64,000 nucleotides of DNA from a virus (taxonomy: Duplodnaviria; Caudoviricetes): IMG/VR virus record IMGVR_UViG_3300042542_006078; one strand, written 5' to 3'. Below, one piece after another: positions 17,667 to 27,347 of the stretch (position 1 is its first letter; every line of letters starts with the position of its first letter). The position numbers and the translations under genes are program-made. Under the pieces are notes generated by a model. The model was not told the DNA's origin. It ran no database searches and saw only the letters and a program-made list of their open reading frames with translations.

Positions 17667-20174
17667 ATGCCAATTTGGTCAGACTTTTTCAAAATTTTTA
17701 ACTTTTCGGCAGAACCAGACCCTTTGTCTCGCCGCAAAGACCCTAGGCAATTCATCTCGGCAGGAATTAGCCAACCAGAAGCATTAGGCGCAGATATCAA
17801 CAATGGTCAAGTAAGCGGCGGTATGTCCAGCTACCGTCAGACCAACGACATGATTGACACCACCACACTGTCAAATCGTGCCATGCGCTACAAAGAGTAC
17901 GAAAGACTCAGAAATGTGCCAGAAATTGAAATGTCAATGACAGTATATTCAGACGAAGCATGTATATCTGGAGATACTAAGATATCCACACCTTTTGGTT
18001 TCACAACTATTAAACATCTTGCTGAAACCAAAAAAGATGAGCGTTTTCTTGTCTATTGCTACGACTTTGAAAAGAAAGACTATACCCTAGGTTGGGCATA
18101 CGACCCAAGAATTGTTAAAACGGCACCAACTATAAAAATAACACTAGACAACGGATCAACCTATACCGCAACAGAAGATCATCGTGTCCTTCTCAAAAAT
18201 GGCGAATGGACAGAAACAGGAAAACTAAAGTTTGGCGACGAACTCATGCCATTCTACCGTGTTCCAGCACAAACACATATCACTAAAATAAAACATTCCC
18301 AATACCCAAGATTGTTTTCATTTGCCAAAGGATGGATTCACGAAAGACAATTTATTGATGATTGGAAAACTGGAAAAACAACCCGTGACTACCAAATTGT
18401 TAATCGTGCATGCCGCATGATAGCCGGTGGACTGACAACCAGACAAATATCACAACAAATAGAAATGGATTGGCACACAATAGAAGACAGAATGCACAAA
18501 GAAGGATTTTCTTACAAAGAAGTCAAAAGATTGCACGGACTTGGAGAATCAAGAAGAGTAGTTGGAGTATCACCCGGACCAGAACAAGAAGTATACGACC
18601 TTTCAGTAGAAAAACACAAGTGCTTCGCCACAGATTCAGTCATTCTTCATAACTGCCAAAGAGATGAAAGCGGCAATATCCTCAAAGTGACATCTGAAAA
18701 CATGGATGTCAAAGAAGAAATTGAATTCCTTTTCCTCAACAGAAGGATGCTAAATCTAAATCGTCATGGCTGGACTTGGTTCAAAAACCTTTGCATATTT
18801 GGTGACTTCTTCGTTGAAATTATAATAAATCCCGACAATCCAAAAGAAGGCATCTACAGATGTCTACCATTACCTGTCGAAACAATGTATCGAATCGAAA
18901 CAGTAAAAGGAAGAGTAATCGAATACCAACAATCAAAAGAAGGACCAGATTATCAAGCAATAGTTAGAGGATCACCAGTAGAACTCACCGATACCGAACT
19001 AAACCAAACGACAGCAATCAGATTCGCTCCAAGCCAAGTTGTTCATTTCCGAATTGGAGATGATAGAAAAACTTTTTATCCATACGGCCAAAGCCTTATA
19101 GAACCAGCAAGAGCCCCAGCACATAGCCTCAGATTACTAGAAGATGCTATGGTCGTTTACAGATTGACTCGAGCGCCGGAAAGGCGTGTTTTCTACATAG
19201 ATGTAGGTCAATTACCTCCATTCAAAGCCGAAGCATTTATGGATCGCATGAAGGATCAATTCCGCAAAAGAAAGGTCGCTAATAGTAGTGGTGGTGTTGG
19301 CGCAAATGCCGTCGATGAAAGATGGATGCCACCAGCGCAAGATGAAGATTATTGGTTGCCTGTCAGGCCAAATAGTGGAACAAGAATCGATACTCTTCCC
19401 GGTGCTGAGAATCTTGGTGAAATTGATGATGCTGTATATTTCCGAAACAAACTTCTGACAGCACTTAATTTTCCAAAGAATTATTTTAACAATGAAGACC
19501 CCGGTGCAACTAGGATTACACTTTCATCGCAAGATGTCAAATTTGCAAGAATGATTGAAAGACTACAAAGTCACTTTGAAGACGGACTTCTTGAATTGGC
19601 AGAAAGGCATCTTGCTTTAAGAGGTTTCCCACAAGAAAACTATCGTGACCTTCGTGTCAAAATGACTCCTCCAAGCGATTGGAGAGAACTTTCTCGTGCC
19701 GAAGTTGTTAATGCCCGTTATGGAAATGCTGGTACTCTCAAAAGTAGTCAGCTTATGTCAGACTATGACATCATGACTAAGATACTCAAGTATCACAATG
19801 ATGAAGCAGATGAAATGCTCGCAAGACTCAAGATTCAAAAGCTTGAAGATCTCAAGCTTCAAGTATTGGCCCAAAACCCACAACTTTTGGGTGTCGGTAT
19901 TCCCGGTCAAGAAGAAGGCCAAGATCAGCCAGAATTGGGATCTACACCGGGAGGCCCATCACCGATGCCCGGTCCAGAAGGAGAACAGCCTCCTATGCCT
20001 CCAGAAGGATTGCCATCACCTCCAGAAGGCGGAGAATCCCCTAAACAAGCTGGATCTGAACCAACGATCTTGCCTGAACCAAGCAGCGATGATGTCAAAA
20101 AATTTGATCTTGAACTACAAGATTATGAATCAGAGTCCGATATAGAAGACATCGATTATAGCGTAGGTGAATAA
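17667..20174 (+). CDS. gp20: Portal protein (T4 gp20-like) containing an intein
   Basis: LEDAMVVYRLTRAPERRVFYIDVG, EDYWLP, TRIDTLPG, KFARMIERLQ are gp20 signatures. Confidence 0.95.
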   Translation: MPIWSDFFKIFNFSAEPDPLSRRKDPRQFISAGISQPEALGADINNGQVSGGMSSYRQTNDMIDTTTLSNRAMRYKEYERLRNVPEIEMSMTVYSDEACISGDTKISTPFGFTTIKHLAETKKDERFLVYCYDFEKKDYTLGWAYDPRIVKTAPTIKITLDNGSTYTATEDHRVLLKNGEWTETGKLKFGDELMPFYRVPAQTHITKIKHSQYPRLFSFAKGWIHERQFIDDWKTGKTTRDYQIVNRACRMIAGGLTTRQISQQIEMDWHTIEDRMHKEGFSYKEVKRLHGLGESRRVVGVSPGPEQEVYDLSVEKHKCFATDSVILHNCQRDESGNILKVTSENMDVKEEIEFLFLNRRMLNLNRHGWTWFKNLCIFGDFFVEIIINPDNPKEGIYRCLPLPVETMYRIETVKGRVIEYQQSKEGPDYQAIVRGSPVELTDTELNQTTAIRFAPSQVVHFRIGDDRKTFYPYGQSLIEPARAPAHSLRLLEDAMVVYRLTRAPERRVFYIDVGQLPPFKAEAFMDRMKDQFRKRKVANSSGGVGANAVDERWMPPAQDEDYWLPVRPNSGTRIDTLPGAENLGEIDDAVYFRNKLLTALNFPKNYFNNEDPGATRITLSSQDVKFARMIERLQSHFEDGLLELAERHLALRGFPQENYRDLRVKMTPPSDWRELSRAEVVNARYGNAGTLKSSQLMSDYDIMTKILKYHNDEADEMLARLKIQKLEDLKLQVLAQNPQLLGVGIPGQEEGQDQPELGSTPGGPSPMPGPEGEQPPMPPEGLPSPPEGGESPKQAGSEPTILPEPSSDDVKKFDLELQDYESESDIEDIDYSVGE
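17961..18653 (+). mobile_element. Intein (231 aa) without a LAGLIDADG endonuclease
   Basis: Block A CISGDTKI, block B TATEDHRVL, block F VYDLSV, block G ILHN followed by Cys+1. Confidence 0.92.
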
Positions 20175-20431
20175 TGATTAAAATTAGTGTTTCCCAATTG
20201 CCAACAGTCACGATGAAAAATCGTGCAATAGTTGAATCATCTAAACAAGCTGGATGCATGTATTGTGGAAAAATTTTTCAAATTAGTGAAATAAAATCTT
20301 ACACAGATAATCAAAAAACATGCTTATGCCCTCATTGCAATGTCGATGCAGTGATTGGCGATAATTCAGGTTACGAAATTACAGATAAGTCATTGCAAGA
20401 AGCAAATAAATTTTGGTTCACAAAAAAATGA
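20174..20431 (+). CDS. Small Zn-finger-like hypothetical protein
   Basis: GCMYCGKIF ... CLCPHCNVDAVIGD. Confidence 0.7.
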   Translation: MIKISVSQLPTVTMKNRAIVESSKQAGCMYCGKIFQISEIKSYTDNQKTCLCPHCNVDAVIGDNSGYEITDKSLQEANKFWFTKK

Positions 20432-20490
20432 ATTTTCTTAAAAAAAAAAAATGAAGAATAAATAATTCATCCCCTTAATTCAGGAGAAGT

Positions 20491-20772
20491 ATGAACAAGA
20501 AAATTGCAAGCAAATTAAAGGCACAGTATCTGTGCGGAATCATCACAGAAGCACAGTATCACGAAGCTCTTATGACTGGTGGTCCTAATAGATTTGATCC
20601 AACTGGAAAAGCCGCACCTTATTCATCTCATGGCACTCATGAGCTTGGAGAGGTTCACGCAGTAATTCATGGCAGTGAATTAATTCTTTCTTCAAAGGGC
20701 GCAATGGTGCATATTAAACTAAGTCAACAACAAATTGAAGAAATTCTCACCGATCTTGGCGAAAAATATTAA
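20491..20772 (+). CDS. Hypothetical protein
   Basis: 93-aa ORF with AGGAG RBS. Confidence 0.6.
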   Translation: MNKKIASKLKAQYLCGIITEAQYHEALMTGGPNRFDPTGKAAPYSSHGTHELGEVHAVIHGSELILSSKGAMVHIKLSQQQIEEILTDLGEKY

Positions 20773-20802
20773 ATTATAAGAATTTCAAATCTTAAAAAAT
20801 CA

Positions 20803-20837
20803 AAAAAACACCCAACTCAAAAAGTTGGGTGTTTTTT
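20803..20837. terminator. Bidirectional intrinsic terminator between convergent genes
   Basis: AAAAAACACCCAACT/AGTTGGGTGTTTTTT inverted repeat. Confidence 0.85.
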
Positions 20838-21486
20838 ATTTGACTGGATATTTCAAGACACATTCAGTCAAGTTACTTGCCCTCATTCCTTTTTTTTCAT
20901 TTCCAACAATTGAAATTGGAATTTTGGTGGGTAATGATGCTCCAGAAAAAATCTTAGTGAAAAAGTTTCCGCCCAAAATCATGTAATAAAACCACCAAGG
21001 AACAATATCCTTCAACAAATATGAACCACCCAAATCATATCCGCATTTTCCATATATCCACTTTACAGATTCAGTGCAATAAAAATTTGAAGAATCATTA
21101 AAATTAAAATCATAACTTGGATCTTCTTCCAAAAATTTATAAATATTTTTCTTAAAACACTCATCATCCAAAAATGATCTATTCTTCAAACGATAAACAC
21201 AAAATTCAGTCATTTGCCAATCATCAAACCAGTCTATCAAACGCAATTTTCTTGTTCCCCAATCTGATACATCAACTGCATATGTTTCACCTTCTTCGAC
21301 AAGAATGCAAGTTCCATGTGAATATGGTGAATTTGTAAAATATTGAATCAGTTTAGAAAATGGTATTCCGAATGGACCGGGAACATTAGCGGCGTTGTAT
21401 ACGATGTCTCCATTTTTAAGTGGCAAAGATTTCAATAAACTAACTATTTCTTTTCTTTTTTCGTAAAGAGGACCAAGTTTAATCAT
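20836..21486 (-). CDS. Permuted papain-like amidase (YiiX/YebB, NlpC/P60 superfamily)
   Basis: LKNGDIV, YSHGT, YDFNF, FYCTES in the permuted His-before-Cys order. Confidence 0.8.
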   Translation of the reverse strand: MIKLGPLYEKRKEIVSLLKSLPLKNGDIVYNAANVPGPFGIPFSKLIQYFTNSPYSHGTCILVEEGETYAVDVSDWGTRKLRLIDWFDDWQMTEFCVYRLKNRSFLDDECFKKNIYKFLEEDPSYDFNFNDSSNFYCTESVKWIYGKCGYDLGGSYLLKDIVPWWFYYMILGGNFFTKIFSGASLPTKIPISIVGNEKKGMRASNLTECVLKYPVK

Positions 21487-21495
21487 ATTAATCTC

Positions 21496-21858
21496 TCAGT
21501 GAGCCGTATAGCCATCTGCTGCGTTTGGATATAACTCATCATCATTCGGCTTTATACCGTCAAAATTGCCCAAACCTTTATCATCATTCATACCACCATG
21601 ATGTTTTCTACCTATATTTTGAAAAGAATCCAGCTTGTAATCATTCAAAATTTCTTTTATTTCAGGATCATTCCTATGCTGATTCAAAAAAGCGACCAAT
21701 TCTTGAGGTTTGATTTCCATGATCTTCTTAATAGCCCTTTTGACAACCTCTAAAGAAGCCAATGAATTTTGATCCATGTCATTTTTCTTGTTGTGAATTG
21801 GTTCGTGATCGTAGGAGGCAATCTCCTTTATATTCAAATATTGCTGAAATGTTTTCAT
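21496..21858 (-). CDS. Small protein with CTS-like N-terminus
   Basis: Begins MKTFQQYLNIKE. Confidence 0.65.
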   Translation of the reverse strand: MKTFQQYLNIKEIASYDHEPIHNKKNDMDQNSLASLEVVKRAIKKIMEIKPQELVAFLNQHRNDPEIKEILNDYKLDSFQNIGRKHHGGMNDDKGLGNFDGIKPNDDELYPNAADGYTAH

Positions 21859-22089
21859 TTATTTGTCCAATTTTACAAGTTGTTGCATACTTATATATGA
21901 TGTTGGATTAGTAATCTGTCACAAGGTGATAGAGTGAAAATAAAAACAATTATGCGGTTCAAAATTTAAGCATGAAGTATACATACTCTCATCGGAAAGA
22001 GCCGAACCGCATGAAATGTTTTGTAATCCGTTGAATTATAACGGATAAGTAGAGGGAGTCAGGTGGTCTAAGAAACCGGAGAAATCAAT

Positions 22090-24114
22090 ATGAAGAGAAA
22101 ACTTATTTCTTACGATGTCTTCAAGAATCTTGAAGAAAGCTCATTGACACATGTGGAAAAGGAACTCATTGAAGCTGAAGAATTACTTGCGGCAAGCCTC
22201 GGACTTGACGAAGTACAACTTCACGCATTTGGTGAATCTGATGTTACTTATAAGACATCAGACGACAATTTTATTCATGCCACCTATACTGTCTCCGACA
22301 ATCAGGTGATTCTTGAAAACATTGAACTCCTTGTTGTTGAAGAAGAAAGCGCAAAGTCAGCAGCCCGCCAAACAATCAGCGTTATGATCGACAAGCTTCT
22401 TGAGAACGACAACAACGCAGCAAGTGAACTTTTCGAGTCTTACATGTCAATGCCTTCAGTTAAGAGGGAAATGTCTGTAAACGAAGCAGTTAAGATCGGA
22501 AAGAAGAAATCACCTCTCGCAGGCAAGAAGCAAAGCCCTGCAACAATTCTTAAGAGAAAGCTTGCTCGCAACGCAAAAATTTCCAGAATGTCGCCAGCAG
22601 AAAGAGCAGCAAAGCTAGGTCGCCCCAAGGGCAAAAAAAGCGGCAAGGCAAAGTTCTATGCATCAAAGCTCAAGCCTAAAACCATGAAGGAATGGGCAAG
22701 AATGTGCGAGAATGTTCTTGGATACATCAATTTTGTTGAAAATGGATCAGTACTCAGCGAAACAGCAGTCAAGTCTGATGATAATGGCAATGTAAGCGCA
22801 GTGGCCATGCCTTCAAGCAAAAACCGTAAAGAAGGAAAAGTTCTAAGCATGGGATTCAAGACCATGGACACAGAACTAAAAGTTCTCCGTGGAAACATGA
22901 AGAATATCAGTGAAGATCAAACTTTCGTCAAGGCCATGTCTGATCTGAAGCGTTACAACAATATCAGCGATAACAGGGCTCTTGAAGAAACCCTTGAGGC
23001 AATAGTTTCCAGATGGCCAGACATTCTTTACATCAGCGAAACAGAACTTGCACAGCAGATTGACTCAGCTTTGTCTTCAGCAAGCGTCAGCAATTACGAT
23101 GACGATACTTGCTCATTCATGGCAGAAGCAATTCTTCGCACAGCACACAATGTGTTCACCGATAGAGTTCGCAAGATTGCACACCTCGCTGGATACGGCA
23201 AGGATGTAAGCAGCGACTGCAATGACTGCGAAGACGCTTATCGTGAATTTTCAAGCGTTTCACAGAATTTGTTCAACCAGCTTGATGAAAACCACAACAA
23301 CGAAGTTCGCATCTTTGGCGACCTTTACAGCGCACTCAACGACATCTACCGCATCGCAAACGAAAGCGGAGATGAAGCAACAAGAGTCGAAGTTGCCGAT
23401 ATGATGCGTGAATGTTATGCAATTATGAACTCAACCAGACTTCCAGACATGGAACTCGCTGAATCAATCGCTGACTTCCTCGCAGAACTCATCGAGAGCG
23501 AAGGTGGAGATCATTCACAAAAAGGATGGGATCAAGGTGTCGAAATTGACGCTCTTGGCGACAACTCAATGACCAAGTGGAACGCAAAGCAGTATGCTGT
23601 TCCTTCTAACAATAGCGGCGACTGGAGAGATGCCGCTCCTGTTAGCGATGGCAAGTCTTATCACGGCAACTCAAATGAAATGGGACACAACGCCCTTGCA
23701 AACTATGGCAAAGACACTTGGCCAAATGTTCAAAATCCATTCACGCCAAAATCATTATTCGCAAAAATGAAAGAAAAAAGTGTAATCGATGATGAAGGTC
23801 TTGGAAGTTTCCAGAAGGATACTTGGCCAAACCTCCACAACCCAATGGCTCCAAAGCCAGTTATGCCAAAAATGGTTGAAGGATACGGACAATCATTCGA
23901 TGGAACAAAATACGGAAAAGTAGATAATTCTAGTCAGATCGCCATTCCAAGACAAATGATCAATGATGCTGAAATACAAATTAACTCAGCACGAAGAAAA
24001 GGCGATAAAGAGTTAGCCTTTAGACTTGCAAGAAAACTCAAGGATGATCTAACACAGTTTGGCTACGCTTGGCAAAGAGATCCTCACGCAACTGATTTAA
24101 TTCAACAAAAATAA
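22090..24114 (+). CDS. Large prohead-core-like protein (gp67/gp68 position)
   Basis: First gene of the head operon; acidic, with a basic RMSPAERAAK segment reminiscent of gp68; the call rests partly on position. Confidence 0.55.
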   Translation: MKRKLISYDVFKNLEESSLTHVEKELIEAEELLAASLGLDEVQLHAFGESDVTYKTSDDNFIHATYTVSDNQVILENIELLVVEEESAKSAARQTISVMIDKLLENDNNAASELFESYMSMPSVKREMSVNEAVKIGKKKSPLAGKKQSPATILKRKLARNAKISRMSPAERAAKLGRPKGKKSGKAKFYASKLKPKTMKEWARMCENVLGYINFVENGSVLSETAVKSDDNGNVSAVAMPSSKNRKEGKVLSMGFKTMDTELKVLRGNMKNISEDQTFVKAMSDLKRYNNISDNRALEETLEAIVSRWPDILYISETELAQQIDSALSSASVSNYDDDTCSFMAEAILRTAHNVFTDRVRKIAHLAGYGKDVSSDCNDCEDAYREFSSVSQNLFNQLDENHNNEVRIFGDLYSALNDIYRIANESGDEATRVEVADMMRECYAIMNSTRLPDMELAESIADFLAELIESEGGDHSQKGWDQGVEIDALGDNSMTKWNAKQYAVPSNNSGDWRDAAPVSDGKSYHGNSNEMGHNALANYGKDTWPNVQNPFTPKSLFAKMKEKSVIDDEGLGSFQKDTWPNLHNPMAPKPVMPKMVEGYGQSFDGTKYGKVDNSSQIAIPRQMINDAEIQINSARRKGDKELAFRLARKLKDDLTQFGYAWQRDPHATDLIQQK

Positions 24115-24124
24115 AGGAGTATAA

Positions 24125-24811
24125 ATGGAAAATCAATTCCTTCTAGTTGATTGCTGCAACAACGGAGGATTTACCATGAGTCTTAACGAGTCAGTCTCCG
24201 ATAGGGGACTGACTAAGTTCAAAGGTAAATTCCAAGAAGCAGAAGCAATCAATAAAAATAAAAGAATCTATCCATACGGAGTTCTTGACGAAAATGTTAA
24301 GAAACTTCTGCCGATTATCCAAAACCGTGGCCTGATCGGAGAACTCGATCACCCAACCGATTCTATAATCCACTTTGAAAAATGCTCTCACATTGTTACT
24401 AAACTATGGTGGGAAGGCAACAACCTAATGGGAGAGGGAGAAATCCTCAATACACCACATGGGAAAATTCTAAAGGCCCTACTGAACGATGGAGTTCGTG
24501 TGGGGATATCAAGCCGTGGAGTAGGAAACGGAAGAAGCGACGAGAATGGAATCCTTGTGATTGGTGAAAGCTACAAACTCATTACCTTCGATGCTGTAGC
24601 AGATCCAAGCACACACTCAGCATTTCAGGAGAAAGTGTCGAGTGGTAAGAAAGAAAGTTATGCCCCAACTGCAAATAATGCAGAAATTTCTAAAAATGCG
24701 GTTAAAAACGAAAGTAGCCGCATACATAATGTCAGAAAAGATGCATTGTTGGCTTGTTTGGGCGGAATAATCGAACAACAAACACGAAACATTACAGCGA
24801 GGTTAGGCTAA
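24125..24811 (+). CDS. gp21: Prohead core protease, T4 gp21-like
   Basis: NKNKRIYP, GELDHP, GISSRGVG, FDAVADPS. Confidence 0.95.
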   Translation: MENQFLLVDCCNNGGFTMSLNESVSDRGLTKFKGKFQEAEAINKNKRIYPYGVLDENVKKLLPIIQNRGLIGELDHPTDSIIHFEKCSHIVTKLWWEGNNLMGEGEILNTPHGKILKALLNDGVRVGISSRGVGNGRSDENGILVIGESYKLITFDAVADPSTHSAFQEKVSSGKKESYAPTANNAEISKNAVKNESSRIHNVRKDALLACLGGIIEQQTRNITARLG

Positions 24812-25710
24812 TGGACAAGATCGTAGAAGCATTGAAGAATCTCCTACCGGAGAATGAAGTTAATGAAGTCGCTAACGCCGTTGGCGAACTACTTGAGCAG
24901 GCCAAGGAATCCCTTGAATTTGAGTATAATCAGAAACTTGAGGAAGCCTATGCCGAACTCACCAGCGAACTAGCTGAGGCTGAAAAGATTGCAGAACAAG
25001 GCTATGAAGAAGCCTACTCAATAATTGGAGACCTCAGAAATCGCCTTGAAGTTCAAGGTCAGGAATATAACTCCGCTCTCGAAGAAGGATATGAAGAAGC
25101 ATACCAGATGCTTAAATCTGAAAGAGCTAAGAACGAAAACCTTGAAGTCGATATGTATGAAGAATACGACCATAAACTGGCCGAGATGAAAGAATACATC
25201 GTTGACAAGGTCGATCAGTTCCTCCAGATCAAGGGCAGCGAAATCTACGAACAAGCCCGCCGTGATGTTCTCACAGACCCAAGACTTGCAGAACACAAGG
25301 TCGCTCTCGACAAGATCGTTAATATCGCCTCAAACTACATCAGCAATGATGAATACGGTGTAAGCGGCGAAAGACTTGAAGAAGCTACCCGTGAAGTTGA
25401 AGCTATGAGGGGCCAAATGAGAATCCTTGAAGCAAGAAACATTCGTATCAGCACCGAAAACACCAAGCTGAACGAAGCAGTTCGTCAAGCTAATGACCTC
25501 ATCACCGAAAGCCGCAGATTTGTGGCCAAGGAAAGGAAGTCAGCAGTTATTTCCGAACAGAATGAAAGAGCGCAGAAAGCAAAGAATGTATCGGGGAGAG
25601 GAAGCATTTCCAGCGATAATGTTGTTATTTCGGAACATAACAACTCCTCTGCTGGAGGTTCTGACATGGACCAATTGTTGGTCCTGTCGGGTCTGAAACA
25701 AACTAAGTAA
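24811..25710 (+). CDS. gp22: Prohead scaffold, T4 gp22-like
   Basis: Glu-rich coiled coil between protease and MCP; TAATG coupling at 24809-24813. Confidence 0.85.
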   Translation: MDKIVEALKNLLPENEVNEVANAVGELLEQAKESLEFEYNQKLEEAYAELTSELAEAEKIAEQGYEEAYSIIGDLRNRLEVQGQEYNSALEEGYEEAYQMLKSERAKNENLEVDMYEEYDHKLAEMKEYIVDKVDQFLQIKGSEIYEQARRDVLTDPRLAEHKVALDKIVNIASNYISNDEYGVSGERLEEATREVEAMRGQMRILEARNIRISTENTKLNEAVRQANDLITESRRFVAKERKSAVISEQNERAQKAKNVSGRGSISSDNVVISEHNNSSAGGSDMDQLLVLSGLKQTK

Positions 25711-25741
25711 CTCCTTTTAGCTTAAAGAATAGGAAAAACAT

Positions 25742-27178
25742 ATGAACGCTAATTCTAGATTTTTGAACGAGGCTAGGGAGCTAGAAACTCGTTGGAAGCA
25801 GACCGGACTCCTTGAAGGCATTCAAGATCGTTATGTCCGCTCCGCTACCGCAGTTCTGCTCGAAAACCAGAGACTCATGAACGAAGTCTCAACCGATACT
25901 GGAGATGTCGCACAGTTCAAGAGGATTTCAATTCCACTTGTTCGTCGTATCTACCCACAGCTTATCGCAAATAAGATCGTTTCCGTACAGCCTCTCCTTG
26001 GCCCAACCGGCTTGGTCTACTATCTCCGCTTCCGTTATTCAAGCAACAAGGGCGCTACCCGTGGTGCTGACAATAACGGCGGATTCCCCGGCGACGATGC
26101 CAACTCACTCATGCAGAGAGCCGATGGTACTGCCAATCTCGACATCTTCTATTCCAGCCAGTTCATCCAGAATGAAACAACCAGCACTGATGCTGGCGCT
26201 GGTGTTGTAAGCGTGTTCGCTCCTCTTGAACACACGCCAATCCTTGCCGGAACAATAACAGGCACTATCTATGATGGCGCTACTGCTATTCAAACATTCA
26301 CCGTGTCTGCTAGCGGAACTTTCACCTTCTCAGATATCGGCTCTCCTTCACCAAAGGTTACATCTGGTACTCTTCAGACAACCACAGGCGAACTCACCCT
26401 TACTTGGAACGGCGCTCCCGGCTCAAACAACGCAGTTTTGAGCTACGAATACAACATGGAGTGCAACCAAGATCTTCCTGAAATCAATCTCGTAATTGAA
26501 TCAGAAGAAATCGCTGCTAAGACCCGTAAGCTCAAGGCTGTATGGTCTTATGAAGCACAGCAGGATCTTCGCTCACAGCACAATCTTGACGCTGAAGCTG
26601 AACTCACCGCTGTTCTCGCTCAGGAAATCAACCTCGAAATCGACCGTGAAGTTCTCACCGATCTTCGCAACAACGCAGGTACTGTCTCAGCTTGGGACTT
26701 CAACACTGCACTCGGCGAAACGATCAAGGAAAAGTACGAAAGCCTTTATGTTAAGGTTGTCGAAATTTCCAATGTCATCCACAGAAAGACCCTTCGTGGT
26801 GGCGCAAACTTCATCGTGACCTCACCTGAAGTTGCTTCAATCTTTGAAACAGCAACAGCCGGTTTCGCTCCTGCACCTTCTGAAACCTTCACAAGCTCAC
26901 TCGGCATCCAGTATGTCGGCACCGTGAACAATCGCTGGAGACTCTACAAAGATCCTCTCTTCCCAAGCAATCAGTTGTTGATGGGTTACAAGGGCGACTC
27001 TTACATGGACAGCGGATACTTCTACTGCCCATATGTTCCATTGACCCAGACACCAGTTGTTCTCGATCCAGAGAGCTTCTGCCCACGCAAGGGAATTCTC
27101 ACTCGCTATGGAAAAAAGCTGCTTCGTGAGGGGGCAAAATTTTACGCACGCCTCAGTATTGCTAATTTCGTCATCTGA
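25742..27178 (+). CDS. gp23: Major capsid protein, T4 gp23-like
   Basis: IPLVRRIYP, VQPLLGPTG, KTRKLKAVWS.EAQQDL, EINLEIDRE, FYCPYVPL, TRYG. Confidence 0.97.
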   Translation: MNANSRFLNEARELETRWKQTGLLEGIQDRYVRSATAVLLENQRLMNEVSTDTGDVAQFKRISIPLVRRIYPQLIANKIVSVQPLLGPTGLVYYLRFRYSSNKGATRGADNNGGFPGDDANSLMQRADGTANLDIFYSSQFIQNETTSTDAGAGVVSVFAPLEHTPILAGTITGTIYDGATAIQTFTVSASGTFTFSDIGSPSPKVTSGTLQTTTGELTLTWNGAPGSNNAVLSYEYNMECNQDLPEINLVIESEEIAAKTRKLKAVWSYEAQQDLRSQHNLDAEAELTAVLAQEINLEIDREVLTDLRNNAGTVSAWDFNTALGETIKEKYESLYVKVVEISNVIHRKTLRGGANFIVTSPEVASIFETATAGFAPAPSETFTSSLGIQYVGTVNNRWRLYKDPLFPSNQLLMGYKGDSYMDSGYFYCPYVPLTQTPVVLDPESFCPRKGILTRYGKKLLREGAKFYARLSIANFVI

Positions 27179-27210
27179 TTTTTATGCACGATTTACTATC
27201 GCAAACCCAA

Positions 27211-27244
27211 GAAAACCCCGGAAAAACCGGGGTTTTCCCTTTTT
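27211..27244 (+). terminator. Intrinsic terminator after the MCP gene
   Basis: GAAAACCCCGG/CCGGGGTTTTC stem followed by CCTTTTT. Confidence 0.75.
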
Positions 27245-27285
27245 ACAAGCATCTAAATATTTTCTTAAAATTGCTGAAAAAATCC

Positions 27286-27313
27286 TTGATTTCTAAAATT
27301 TGCTTACTATAAT
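27286..27313 (+). promoter_or_regulatory. Sigma70-type promoter
   Basis: TTGATT-N16-TATAAT upstream of the ATG at 27348. Confidence 0.6.
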
Positions 27314-27347
27314 ACCTTTGCGGGGCAATAAGAAAAAGAGGTGTTAC

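Noticed and set aside
21985-22015. c-di-GMP-I riboswitch resemblance (CATCGGAAAGAG)
   Set aside because: The upstream GGCAAAC element, P1 pairing and tetraloop receptor cannot be found.
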